Both the position numbers and the translations under genes were made by a program. Shown piece by piece: positions 12,446 through 25,520 of a DNA stretch of 64,000 nt (its first letter is position 1; every line of letters begins with the position of its first letter). The DNA comes from Camelus ferus (taxonomy: Eukaryota). Below the pieces are notes generated by a model. That model was not told where the DNA came from. It saw only the letters and a list, made by a program, of their open reading frames with translations, and made no database searches. The DNA is taken from positions 57,600,001 to 57,664,000 of the forward strand of contig NC_045696.1 of NCBI RefSeq assembly GCF_009834535.1, in the 5' to 3' direction.

Positions 12446-14411
12446 CCATTTAACCCAGCAGTTCTCAGGAAATCTCACCCCAAGCAAAGTTCTCCCCCAA
12501 CTCTCCTCGTAGAAAAACGTGGCTATAACTTTCTAGGGAGTATTTCCTGCCTTAGTTCCCAGGCAATTATACATGCTTGGAAAAAGCTTTTTTTCCCACG
12601 AAAAGCACACTAATAGGAAATTTACACATGATGATTGTTCAGGTTTTCTGAGGATATGAACTAGATATGTAGGATATGAACTAGAGCAATAGACTTAACT
12701 TTCCGTAATTATAAAAAAAAAAAAAACCAGATACTTCTTATAGAAAAGTTAGAAAAATATAAATTTAGGGAAATAAGAAAAAAATCCATAGTTAGGCATT
12801 ATTAACTTTGGTCTATTCCTTTTTATTATTTGCCATCCTGCATGTAGCTCAGCAGCCCCTCAAGGTCAAAGATTCTAGGTCTCTTTGCACCGGGCCACCT
12901 AAGATGTAATCCTAGTCTCCTTCCTTGGTAGGAACCCACAGGGAGGGGTAAAGCAAAACAGAGAAGGAAGGCTCACTTGCCTTCAGGCAGCCAACCAATG
13001 ACATTAATTTGGAAAGTCACATGTAAACTGGCCAATGAAAATACACAGCAAGCCATTTTATGCACCTCTCCCTATCAGGGATTTCTCATTGTGCTCCCTG
13101 TTCTGTAACAGACACAATTCCCCTTCCTTCCAGCCACCACCTTTTTCCTGAAGAAAATAATTATAAAGATGCATTAAACATGGTTTCTGTCCTCAGAAAG
13201 CTCCCATTCTGGTCACTGACCTTAGAAGTCAATATTATTTCTCATAAGTGTATCTCCTGCCCAGCTCTGCCTTGAAGGGTCCTCTTCGCCTGGTGCTAGT
13301 TAGTGTGCCTCTCATCTCACCTCTGCCCAGGGAAGTATCCTTGTCCTGAATCTGACTGGAGGTCTCAAACCAGTCTGTCTCTTCTCTTCAGCTCCCCCTT
13401 TCCCCCTCCACTCCTGGGCGTGGCCTCTGTTTCTCCAGTAGAGCTTCTCCACTTTAAATGTTTTTCTTGTAGCCTCTTTTCTTCTAAAGAGTAGGAAGTA
13501 AGATCAGGAAGTGCAGGGTGGAAGACACATGGCATCATATGTTTAGGAGCTTTTGAATCTTCCACAGTGGGGTCCCTGCACCACAGCAGTAGCAGGATAC
13601 AGTGTGAGTGGGGTGTGCTCCCCGACCCCTTCCAGAGACCCTGCACATGCTCCCAGGAACATTGTATGTATCTGAGTGTTTGTGACCCTGCAAGATTTGT
13701 GGTTCCTGGCTTTGAGAATTTTCTAGGCAAATTTTCTTTTTTTTTTTAATTAAAATTTTTTTTTAATTGTTCAGAATTTTTGGTTAGTCATTGAATGGCC
13801 TAGTGCCTCTTTACAATAACTAGGCAATGACAGTGAAGGTGACTTCTACATGACAGGATTTTGTAAGTAAACAATACATAGCTGTGAGAAAACTTTATGT
13901 AGACTTAAACATTTCCCCAAAACTTGAGGGACAAAATGGACAAGAGTGCTCCACCATACCTGCAACCATTTTCTTTCATCATAAAGTTCACACACTTGGC
14001 TCAAAGAGCAAATGCCTGAGGATTCAAGACATATATCCTATAATTTAATGACTTAAAAATGCATCCAGAAAGTAAAACCTAACTATTCATCTATTATATT
14101 TATTAGCTTCTTGGTTAACATGTCCAGAGGCTAATGACAGTGGCAACTCAAAGCTTGCATGTGATAATTTATTTTATTGACATTTTTAGACAACACAGCA
14201 AAATCAGACTTTTTAAAAACACTACATCGCTTTAACCTTCAGTTACCTCTCACACCTAGTTCGCCCAGAGTCCATTATGTCCTCTGACTTAAGTCCAGGG
14301 GTTCTAGGCAAATTTCCAATCCCAGTCTAAAAAACTATGAGCCCTCATCTTCCCTCACCTACCTCCTTTAGCCCTTGCTTTGGTATTAAGGTCATTTTAA
14401 TATTCATTGAA

Positions 14412-14697
14412 GGCAGCATTTCTCCATGTTTATTCCATGGAACAGTAGTTCCTTGGAATGTTAATAACTAGCATATGGATAAAGGACTCTTTGATCAAAT
14501 ATATACAAGAAAAGCTGGATTAAACTAAATGGAGCATTTTTTCAAGATCCAGCAAACCCTTAAGGTACTACGATACATTTGAATTTCTAAGCGAATATGT
14601 CATGAGTATTTCCCAGCATTATTCAACCACAAAACCTATTTTCCTCATACGTATCTTAGGACAGATGTCCCAAGGAATTTTCTTTGGGAAATTCTGG
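14412..14697. mobile_element. Old hAT-Charlie-type nonautonomous element
   Basis: Imperfect inverted termini cagcatttctcca...ttgggaaattctg; family not certain. Confidence 0.45.
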
Positions 14698-14934
14698 TGG
14701 CTAGACCAAACATAACTAGAGGGCTATACTGGAGACTTCTAAAGGAACAACAACAAAAATGACTTTTCAAAAGGTTATTCCAAGTGCAGCAGAATTAGAA
14801 TTTCCTTTTTTTCTCTTGGGAATTACTCATTCAGTTGAATATCTACCTCCATTGCTTCTCTTGGAAAGAACACTTAGGTTAACTTTATATGGTTCTCTGT
14901 CTACTACATGCACCTTTTTTTTTCTTCACCACCT

Positions 14935-15160
14935 ATTATATATTGCATTCCAAGTAATGTTCTAAGTGCTGTACATATATTATTAAATTTCCACAATAAA
15001 TATACAAAATAAGAACTATTACTATCAATCGCATTTTACAGATGTGGAAGCTGAGGTACAAAGAAGTAACTTGTCCAAAGTCACAAAGCCAGTAAGTGGC
15101 AGAGTTATGGTCTAAGTGAGGCAGTCTGATTCCAGACCTTGTGCTCTTAGTTATTACATC
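14935..15160 (-). mobile_element. MIR SINE
   Basis: cattttacagatgtggaagctgaggtacaaagaagtaacttgtccaaagtcaca. Confidence 0.8.
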
Positions 15161-15517
15161 ATACATCCTCATCTAGCTATGCCTCAATGTGTATTTACAG
15201 CTATTTGATTCTATCAGTGTGTGTTAATGCAGTTTCTTCCCACGTATGCCATTTAGTTTCACACAAAGAAAAACTCTATTCCAGTGCCATGAGCTCTCCT
15301 TAGCCAGTCATTCTGCCAACATGTGCCACTATTCAATAGAGATTAGATAGGAGTGTACATTTGGCTCAGAACAACAGTTCTTTCATTGCTGGATATAGAA
15401 GAAAATATCACTTGACCTGCTGATAGTGACTGAGACAAAAGTGTCCACATATACAAAATGATAATAACTGTAATATTTTAAATGGTTCCATTGTGCTAGG
15501 CTATATTCTAAGCACTT

Positions 15518-15641
15518 TTTTTTTTTTCTTAGCAGGGTAGGTAATTAGGTTTACTTATTTTTAGAGGAGGTTCTGGGGATTGAACCCAGGACCTTGTGTA
15601 TGCTAAGCATGCGCTCTACCACTTGAGCTATATCCTCCCCC
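15518..15641 (-). mobile_element. Vic-1-type tRNA-Ala-derived SINE inserted in a MIR (~15460-15850)
   Basis: Minus strand reads ggggaggatatagctcaagtggtagagcgcatgcttagc...gggttcaatccccag (A and B boxes), then an A-rich tail. TSD TCTAAGCACTT at 15507-15517 and 15642-15652. Confidence 0.88.
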
Positions 15642-16239
15642 TCTAAGCACTTCTTGTTTTAACTTCAATAATTCCCTCAACAACACTGTGAGGCAAGAAC
15701 TGTCATTGTCCCCATTTTATAGCTGAGGAACTTGAGGTACAAAGATTCAGTTACTTACCCAGGGTCACCCAGCTTGTAAGTAGCAGAGCTGAGATGCAAA
15801 CTCAGGCAATCCGTGTTCAGAGAACACACCCTTAATTCCTACCCTAGGCATCCTGTGCTGCTTTGTGTTGACTGGTCAAGGGTCTAACCATACAGTACTG
15901 AGCTTATGATCTCACCATTTACAATCATACTTCCAAGTTGAAACTGTATCCATGAATGTATCTGAATATTGTGTCTATAAGGTGCATGTGTATCTGTATT
16001 TGAGAATAATGTGATATTTGTACATCTATATGTGTATTTATCAAGAATGGAGAAAAGAACATCTAAATAAAAGTTATGCTTCAGGCAGTTAAATTTAAAG
16101 GAGGGCAAGAAATGAAAGCAGCTAACTGATGCTACATCATTTGGAGTATATCTTATCTATCTTTGTATGCCTAGCATACAGTATAGTACTTGGCATATAG
16201 GTAGTGCTCCATAAATATTTGTTGAGCTCATTATCCATA

Positions 16240-16800
16240 ATTTCTGGAGGAAGTGACATGTGATCTAGGTTTGAAAACAAGTAAGATTTTGCCAGAGTAA
16301 TCCAACCAAAGAGACCAGCATGTGCAAAAACCATGGCACCAGGAAATAGCATAGCTGAATAATAAGCACTTCTGTTTTACCAGACAATAGAGAAAGGTGG
16401 GGAGTGGTAGGCAAGTATATTAGAGAGCCAGCCAGGGTAAATAAAGGGCCTTGTATGACCAGCTGGAGAACTAAGACTTCATACATTAGACATGGAGGAG
16501 CCAGTGAAGGGTTTTAAGCCAGGTGAGGCATGATCAGACTTGCATTTTAGAAAGATAAACTTGGCAGCAGTGAGAAGAATGATAGGCAGGAATTGAGATG
16601 AAAGGCAGGGAGACCACTGTAGTCAAAGTGGGAGATACTGAACCCTTAAGCCAGTCGCTGGTGTTGGGCATGGAGAGGAGAGGATACTCTGGTAGATATT
16701 TAGAATATAGAATTAACAAGATTGGTGACAAATTAGATGTGGGAATTGAGAGAAGAATATAGGTTTCTGACTATTGCACCTGGGTGGATGGTGATGCCTT
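16240..16800 (-). mobile_element. L2 fragment
   Basis: gagccagtgaagggttttaagccagg...atcagacttgcattttagaaagataaacttggcagcagtg. Confidence 0.7.
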
Positions 16801-17099
16801 TAAAGAATATAGACATATAAACAGGGTGTGGTTTTTTTTAATCACTTATATGTGGAATACAGAAAGGTTCTGAACCACTTCAAACACAGTGCACCTGAGA
16901 GAAGAGTGGGTCATCCAAAGGAAACTCCTGTGGACGAATGGACATCTTTATTAAGTGCAGTTGGTTGACTGGGGTGTAGGAGCTGCACACTTGTCTAGGG
17001 AGGTCTGGGTCAGTAGAGATTGGGAGACCTATTTCTTGGTTAGTGGAATAGAACAAGACAATTTATCTTGGAGTAGGGCTAAAAGCAAGAGGTGGTAGA

Positions 17100-19110
17100 A
17101 TCTAGTGAAAGGAGTCTGGGAACAAATATGTTTATTATTACCACTTCTATTCAACATTTTACAGGATGTTATTACTGGTATAATAAGAAAATAAAAATTA
17201 AAAGTCTGAAAATGAAGAATGAAGATGTTATTCACTGTATTATGATTACTTATATAGAATATTGAAGAGAATCTACAAATTATATATAAGGACTAACAAG
17301 AAAGATTGCTGGAAACAAGGCCAATATATTAATGCCAATGTCATCTGTATATACCAGCAACATCCATTTCAAAGATAGGACTTTAAAATATATATTTGCA
17401 ATAGCAATAAATTGATAACGTAACTAGGAATAAATCTTTAACAATATATGTGGAATAGCTTTATGGAGAAATTTGAAAAAAGTTACTGGAAACACTTTTT
17501 AAAAGACTTAAACAAATGCAAAGATGCACCATGTTTGTGGATAAGAACACTCAATATCACTAAGGATGATAATTTTCCTCAAATTAATCAATAAATTCTA
17601 CATATTTCAAAACAAATTTCTGAAAAAATCTTCCCAGAACTTCACAAGCCATTTCTAAAATTAAGTGGAAATTATAAGGTGGTAATTAGCCAAGATAATT
17701 TTGAATAACAATAAGGAGGAAGGGGGGAATTTGCCCCAATAAAGCTAGAGCAATTAAAACATGTAGCATTGGCATACAGATAGACAAACAAGTGGAGCGT
17801 AAAAGAGATTCTGGAAATAGACATCCGTATAAATGGGAACTTGATACATAACAGAGATGGCATTATATTTCAATGGTACAGTCATAAACTATTCAATAAG
17901 TGATACTGGGACAATTAGTGTCTATTATATTAAAATGTAATATCTATCTTTTCTTCATACCACATACAAAATTCCAAACTGATTAAACTCTAAATGCTAA
18001 AAGCAAAAATTTGAAGCTTTTATAAGAAAATATGGTAGAATACCCATATAACCTTGAAGAAAAGAATATATTCTTAAACAGAAAATAAAAAGAATTATTC
18101 ATTAAGGAAAACTGATCAGACTATACTAAATTAAAAAGTTCTATAAACAAAAGACAACATATACAAAGTGAAAAAACAAACCACAAACTGGAATTAGATA
18201 TTTGCCATGTATTTCAAAGGCAAAAAAATTATAACCAGCATAAATTTAAAAAAACCCTTGGAAAGCAAGTAAGAGACAACCCAATAGTAAGGGGGATGAA
18301 TAGGCAATTCACATGGAAGAAATCTGGTTCACTATTAAATATATTAAAAGATGCTCAAACTGACTAGTAATCAGAAATTGGAAATTTCAAACAACAAATG
18401 CTGTTTCACATCTGACCAAATGATTAAAGCATAAAAGTCTGAGACAACCAAGTGTTGGTAAAGATGTGAGAAGTACAGATTGGTTCAACTACTTTGGAAA
18501 ACAATTTGACAAAACCTCATAAATCTGAAGGTGCACATATTCTAGGACTTTGTGATTTCCCCTCTAGGTCTCCATTCTATAGAAATTCTCACTCTTGTGT
18601 ACACAGATACATGTGCAAGGATGTTCACTACAAAGCAATCTGTGCAAAACTTGGAAACAACTTTCCACTGGAGGGAAATAAATAAGATGGAGCTTATCAG
18701 TGGTTGAGATAATCTGTCACTGTTATAATGAATTGACCAGATCTATAACATGAATGAGTATTAAAAACATAATGTTGTATGAATAAAGAAGTTGCAAGAT
18801 ACTATTTTGTCAAACGTTAAGACACAATATTGTCTAGTGTTATGGAAGGTTCACATATATGTAGAACAAAGCATAAAAACATTCATGGGAATGGGATTCA
18901 CCAGTCTTAGAGTGTTGTTACTCCCAAGAGAGAAGGAGGAGAGAAATGGGTTGGGAGGGATTTTAGCTGAATCTGTAACATTAAAAAAAAATATCTGAAA
19001 CAAATATGCTAAAAATGTAAAATCAGTTAAATTTGGGTGGTATAAGTGGTGCCAATTGTGTATTTTGTATGCTTTTCTGTATCTTGGGCATATTTTATAT
19101 TTTAAAATAC
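17100..19110 (+). mobile_element. Old L1 (L1MC/ME-like): degenerate ORF2 3' part and 3' UTR
   Basis: ccacttctattcaacatt...aattaatcaataaattc...aaagatgctcaaactgactagtaatcagaaa...tactttggaaaacaatttg; no intact ORF. Confidence 0.8.
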
Positions 19111-21102
19111 TTTTGAAACAAACAAACCAAAAAAAAAGAGTGAGTACTGGGTGTAGAATCAGACCAAGGGTGTTTGTGTCAGGACATTTCCACTGACATT
19201 CAGTGTGACCTTATGTAAGTCACTTTAGGCCTAGAATGTTTTTATCTATCAAATGGGAAACTGGATAAGATAACCTCCTTGGTCCTTCCACCTCTGGAAT
19301 TCTACAGTTCAAAGGTGAAAAGGACCCAGATTAAGAAGATGTCAGTGTCCCTTGGCTGGACAGAGGAATACAGAACTAACACATCTCTAAGGGTGACCTC
19401 CCTCAGAGAAGGGTCCTGCTGGGCTCTTGAGCAGAGGGGTTAAATCCATGTTCTGCCAAAACCATGCCTGAAACCAATGTACTTCAATTGCACTTGTCAT
19501 GCAAGTCCTAAGGATCTGGTTACCTCAATATTTTTTTACAAAGAGAAAAGCTAGAGACAAATAGGGGGCTGCATTCCTGAGCCTGGAGCCACGGAGAAGA
19601 GGTCCACATCCTCAGGTCATAGCAACAAAGGCAGAGAGCCTGGAGTTTTGCTACCATCACTGGGATTTTTTTTTTCTCTCTCTCTCTAGTGTTTATTCCT
19701 CTTGTGGCAGGGCCCAGTTTACTGTTCAGACTCAGAGCTCCTCTGAGATGATGAGCTCAGTCCATGAACATCTCAGTAATGCCCAATAAGGGTGAGAATA
19801 TCCAGTTCTTTCCAGCCCACTCCAGAGAGTCTGACTCAATTAGTCTATGGGGAGGCCCAGGAAGCAGTATTTTTTAAAAAAGTTCCCAGATGGTTCTAAT
19901 GTGCAGCCAGAGTTGAGAAACTACTTGAAGGGTGAGCTAGATGAGAAAATGCCCCACATCTTTGTTACCAAAAAGGGTATTCCCCAGGGCAGCCCCTAAA
20001 TGAAACACTGTTCTGGCTTCTCCATCAGGGCAGCATAATGTTACCTTCAGATGGCAGTGACTCTCAGGTCATTACCACCAAGTAATAGTTCTGTAACTCT
20101 AAACAGGTAACACTGAGTCTCTCTAAGCCTCAGTATCTTTACTTGTAGCAAAGGGAGTTAGACGAGATCAGTGGTTTTTAAACTGTGTTCTGAGAAACCC
20201 TGTCATTCTGTGGAACACCTAAGGGGTTGCCTCTGCCAGAGGTTGGTTTAAAAAATCACTGTGTCAAATGATCCAAAAGGTCTTTTCCAGAAACAACAGT
20301 CAACAATTCTAAATTCTACAGGAATAGATTTATGCCACCACCAAAGACTACCATAACCCAAATGTTTTGAGGCCTGCTGAAGATCAAATTTACCAACCCT
20401 GGTTTAATGCAGATATTACAAACTAAGGCTAGTTGCAAGCCAAATTCAGCACACAGTCCTGTTTTGTTCTTGCCTGAAGAGTACTTTTTTCTTTCCTTGG
20501 TATCTTTTTTAAAATTTTCCAAATTTGAAGGGTAAGACAAGTCTGAAATCTGCACAAATAAGAGGTATATGGCCCAGTGAACTATCATGTTGTAAACATA
20601 CCTTTGCAACCACCATTCTGGGCAAGTTATAGCACAGTTAATACCATTTCAGAAGCTCTCCCTCATGATCCCTCTTAGTCATTCCCTCCTTCCTCCTCTC
20701 CAAAGGCAACCACCATCTTGATTTCTTACATTATAGATTAGTTTTGCCTCTTTTAACATTTATATAAAGGAAAGAATGTAGTACAGTTTTTTTTGAGTTT
20801 GTCTCTTTTGCTCAATATTAGTGACCGAAAGAATTAGTGAGAGTCATCCATGGTTTTTGCATGTTCCTGTAGTATACTTAATTTGTAGTTTATTAATTTT
20901 CATTTCTGAATAGTTTTCCAATGTTAGAATATATCATAAGTTATTTATCCATTCTATTGTTGATAGACACTTGATTTGTTCCTACTATTTGGCTATTATG
21001 AATAATAATGCTATAAACATACCAGTAAATGTTTAGGGGGGCATACACCTGCCCATTTTTGCTTCTATAATTTAGGGTCACATTATTTGGTCATAGGGTA
21101 TG

Positions 21103-21595
21103 TGTGGTGATTTTAGCATATGTCCATAAATTCTTTGACCTCCTGTCTTCAAAAGGGGGAGCGTAAATTCATGACCTTCAAGTATAGGCTGGACTTAGTA
21201 ACTCACTTCTATTGAATAGAATAACGGAAGTGACAAGGTGTTACCTTTGACACCATGTCATAAAAGGCACTACAGCTTTTTCCTTGCTTGCTCTGGGGGA
21301 AACCAGTTGCAATATTACGAGGACACTCAAGTAGTCCTATGGAAAGGCCCACATACTGAGGAACTAAGACGTCCTACCAATAGTCATGTGAGTAAGCCAT
21401 CTTGGAAGGAAATTTTCTAGCTGCAGTCAAGTCTTCAAAAGAGCTGACATCTTGACTAAACTCATGAGAGACCCTAGGCCAAAAACCCTACAGCTAAGCT
21501 ACTGTCAAATTCCCCACAGAAAGAGTGAGAGGATGTATATTTATTATTTTAATCCACTAAAACAATATTACAATGTTGCAGCAATAGATTACCAG
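21103..21595 (+). mobile_element. MLT1 (F/G-like) MaLR solo LTR
   Basis: tgtggtgatt...ggctggacttagtaactcacttct...aatagaat...gtgagtaagccatcttggaa...tgttgcagcaatagattacca. Confidence 0.7.
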
Positions 21596-21780
21596 TAAAG
21601 TAAGCATATGTTGAACTTTAGTAAAAAATGACAATTTTTCCCCAAATTTACCTATATACCACCAGTGTATGAAAGTTTTCATTGTTTCATATCCTTGGCA
21701 ATATTTGGAATCGGTAAGTCTTTTCAAGTATAGCTCTACAGGTGGCTGTGTAATAGTATTGCATTGTGGTTTAATTTGCA

Positions 21781-21969
21781 TTTCCTTGAAGACTATGAAG
21801 TTGAGCACTTTTTCTTATGTTTACTAGCCTTTTGTACTTTTGGGATATCCTCTTTTTGGCTTTGGTAAACTCTTTTCCTTGAAGACTATGAAGTTGAGCA
21901 CTTTTTCATATGTTTACTAGCCTTTTGTACTTTTGGGATATCCTCTTTTTGGCTTTGGTAAACTCTTTT
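21781..21969 (+). repeat. 93-bp direct tandem duplication, 2 copies
   Basis: The unit tttccttgaagactatg...ggtaaactct recurs at period 93 with one visible mismatch. Confidence 0.93.
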
Positions 21970-24247
21970 GCTTATTTTTCTATTTAGTTTTCTACTACTT
22001 TCTTGATTTGTAGGAGTTTCTCGTATATCCTGGATATGGTCCTTTTTGTGGTATATAGGTTGAAAATATCTTCTCCCAATCTGTAACTTGCCTTTTTGCT
22101 CTCTTAATGATACTGATGAACTAATATTTTATTATTTTATCAAGTTTGATTTATAAATCTTTTCCTTTAATGTCCTTAAGATTTTAGCTTTTCACTTAAG
22201 ATAAAACACTTGCCTGCCCTAGGATCATGAAGATATTCTCCTCTATTGTGTCCTAGGAGAATTATATTTTGGTTTTTACATTTAGGTCTTCAGTCTGCAT
22301 AGAACTGAGGTGTGTGGTAGAGGGGGTTACATTTCACCTTTTCTCATATGGATATCCAACTGACCAAGCCCAATTATTGAAAATTGATTCCTTTCCCACT
22401 GCTCAGCAGTGTCAACTTTTCCGAAAGTCAAGTGTCAATACACATGTGTATCTGATTCCAGATTCACTATTCTTTTCCATTGGCCTATTTATTTGCCAAC
22501 TTTCGTGCCAATACCACACTCTTTTAATTAGAGCTTTAAAACAAGTCTTGATATCTGCTGGAACAAGTCCTTCTACCTCATTTTTTTCTTCAAGAATGAT
22601 GCGACTATTTTTAGCTCTGCATTTCCACACACATTTTAGAATCAGCCTGATAATTTCCACAAAAATCTACTAGGATCTTAATTGGGATTGCCTTACATCA
22701 ATAGGTCAACTTGGGGGGAATTGCCATTTTTATATTATTGAGTCTTCTAATTTATGAACTTAGTATATCTCTATTTATTTTTTGTATTTTTCAATTTCTT
22801 TTAATAATTTTTAAAGGTTTTTTTTTTTTTTAAAGAAATTCCACACATCTTCATGTGGTTTATTTCTGGGTATTGATATGGTTTGATAGCAAATTGCATC
22901 ATTTAAAATTTTTTATTTTCTATTATTTGTGGCCGCTATATAGACATTAAGTTGATTGTGTATATTAACTTTGTATTCAGCAAACTTGTGTGTCTGGTCA
23001 TTTTTTTAAGCCCCAGAAATTGTACATGAAAAATTATAGAGATTAATTCTGGTTTCAACTCAGAGATATAGAGAGCTATATAAGAGTTGTTCCCACCCTA
23101 ACAGCAAGAAAATGCAGGACAAACTGCAAATCAATGAAGACTCTTGAATCCTTTAGGGAACTGCTATGATAGGGCAAAAATGTAACCCCAAATTTAGGGA
23201 GAGACAAGCTCCTATATGGAAAAACAGGATCAAAGCATTCGATTACCTGGGCAGAGGCCTCCAGATGCCACATGTCAGTAACAAGAGTCAGCTGGAAAAT
23301 AAGTTGCTAAAGGCTGAGTATAGGCTAGTGTGATACAATGAAGCCCCCTGGGGGTTTGCACTTTCTTGCACGGTTTTTCTGTGAGAACATCACCAACAGC
23401 TCACAAGGAAAGTTGGAGAAAATTCTGAGGAAATTTTCCTCATAGGGATTGATAGATGATGGGGACAAAAAATTGCTGCCAAAACTCTGCCCAAACCCAT
23501 CTATCCTATCTATCAGATTAAACCTTATGGAACAAAAGGCTTAATCTGTAGAGATTTTGGAAACAAAAACTACATTTTAAGGCACTGGTGGAAGCCCATT
23601 GCCACTGGGGGAGGAAAACAGGAAAAACATGTTTAACCCTGGGAAAAAATCAGGAATAGGTTCTGGCCTAGCACTAGATTTGGCGGAGGGACAGGAACAC
23701 TATGAAGGCCCACAAGAGCAGGGTCACAATGTCTGACTGAAGCTGAAACAATTAGAACATCAGAGAACTCTGCCTTCCTCAGTCCCCTCTGCCACAACCA
23801 CTCTGATAAGTGTCAAGTAACAATAAGAATGGAACATAGCTAGGAGAGCTGCAAAAGACAGATTCTTCCTCGGGAGCAGTTCAAAGGGAAGGTGCAACAA
23901 AAAGCAGAAAGAGAGAAAGCCAAGTGTAGAGAAGATATTGAGAGAAACACTGGCAAATAGCCCACACAAGGTATCATCAGAGAAATTTGAAGCCTGTAGT
24001 TCACTGTGGTTAATTAATCATACCAACAACAAACTTCAAACCCAACTCAACTCCAGACAAAACTGACACAAATCCCCTCATTGCTAAGGACCTAGTAGAA
24101 AGAAAAGCATGCTTATCTCTAACAGACAACCTAAAAGAGAATGGATATATCTAATAGATATATTATTTAATAAATAAAACATATTTACCTCAGTAGCTAT
24201 TATTTTATATAACACATCTGATTTTGAACAAAAAAAATATATGAGGC

Positions 24248-25256
24248 TGTCTTAATCTGTTCAGGCTGTCATAATACCATAGACTGGGTGGCTTAAGCAG
24301 AAATTTATTTCTCACAGTTCTGGAGGTTGGGAAGTCCAAGATCAGGATGCTAGCATAGTTGGGTTCTGATAATGAAACCAAGCAGAACCTTGTGGGGCCT
24401 TCCTGGGGTCATGCTCCACCCCTGTGTCACCCACCTCTTCTTTGTAAAACTGCTTTAGCTTCCTAGGTCTTCCCTGAGTTCCAAAGAATAAATTTAATCA
24501 GAGAAGTGAGAAAATGAAAAAAACAGAGAAAAACAATCAAGGAAAACAAAATAATTATTTTAGCCAGAAATCAAAGTCAAGGACCTTTAGTTCCTCCTCA
24601 AGGGCTATATAGGTAATATCCTGAGCCACATCCTTAAGTTGTTTTGCAGATACTAACCCCATCAGGTGGGAAAAAATTAGCTGCATGCTGACCACCAGCA
24701 AGGAAACCCTAGACTGGCTGGAACCAGAAGGTTGATGATTGAGATTTCTGAAATACCACCCTGTTACTTTATCATCAACCAATCAAAAAACTGTGCATAT
24801 ATTGTGCATGAGCTGATCACACACCCCACAACACTTTCCCTCACACTGTCTTTAAAGACTCTTCCCTGAAAGCCATTGGGGAGTGCAGGTCTTTTAAACA
24901 TGACCTTCCCATTCTCTTTGTTTGGCATCCTCCAATAAATGCTATACTTTCCTTCACCACAACCCAGTGTCAGTGGATTGGCTTTGCACTGCATCGGGCA
25001 AGTGGAACAAAGTTTGGTTTGGTACCAGTAAGAGCTCTCTTCCTGGCTTTCAGATGGCTGTCTTCTCTCTGTGTTCTCATATGTTAAAAGAGTGAGCGAG
25101 AGCAAGCTCTCTGGTGTCTCTTTGTATATGAGCACTAATCCCATCATGAGAGCCCCACCCTCATAGACCTCATGACCTCATCTAAGCCTAATTACCACCA
25201 AAGGCCCATACTATCACACTGGGTGTTAAGGCCTTAACATATGAATTTATATAGCA
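24248..25256 (-). mobile_element. MLT1A-like MaLR LTR split by an ERV LTR
   Basis: tgtcttaatctgttcaggctg...tttatttctcacagttctggaggttgggaagtccaagatc resumes at gagctctcttcctggctt...atagca. TSD-like gaggc/gagac. Confidence 0.8.
24373..25027 (+). mobile_element. ERV1-like solo LTR (~655 bp)
   Basis: TG...CA ends, 4-bp flanks ataa/gtaa, CCAAT (24779), AATAAA (24934-24939). Confidence 0.75.
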
Positions 25257-25520
25257 GAGACATAAAAAATGGCAAGAAAAATAAAAATCTGAAGAGACAA
25301 AACAATAATCAGAACCAGAAACAAATATGACACAGACGTTGGAACTATTTTACAGAAGACTTAAAATAATTATATTCAATAGGTTAAAGGATCTAATGGA
25401 AAAGATATTTTAAAGATAATTCTGTCAGAGAAATGTAAATTATAAGAAAGAATCAAATGAAAAAGCCAGAAAAAAAATGCAGTAACAGAGATGAAAAATG
25501 CCTTAAAAGTCCCATCAATA

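Larger units (their letters stand above)
20540..23000 (-). mobile_element. Old L1, antisense (ORF2 3' part and 3' UTR), interrupted by an MLT1 LTR
   Basis: ORF 22412-22660(-) reads IIRLILKCVWK...ILEEKNEVEGLVPADIKTCFKALIKRVWYWH, a decayed L1 ORF2 motif. Confidence 0.85.

Noticed and set aside
11796..12512. 238-aa plus-strand ORF and overlapping 100-114-aa ORFs
   Set aside because: They lie in the GC-rich CpG island where stops are rare, are Arg/Pro/Ala/Gly-biased, and match no protein I recognise. The real coding part is the 55-nt ILDR1 exon.
15570..15641. tRNA-Ala-like sequence
   Set aside because: Followed by a SINE body and A tail and flanked by TSDs, so it is a SINE head and not a tRNA gene.
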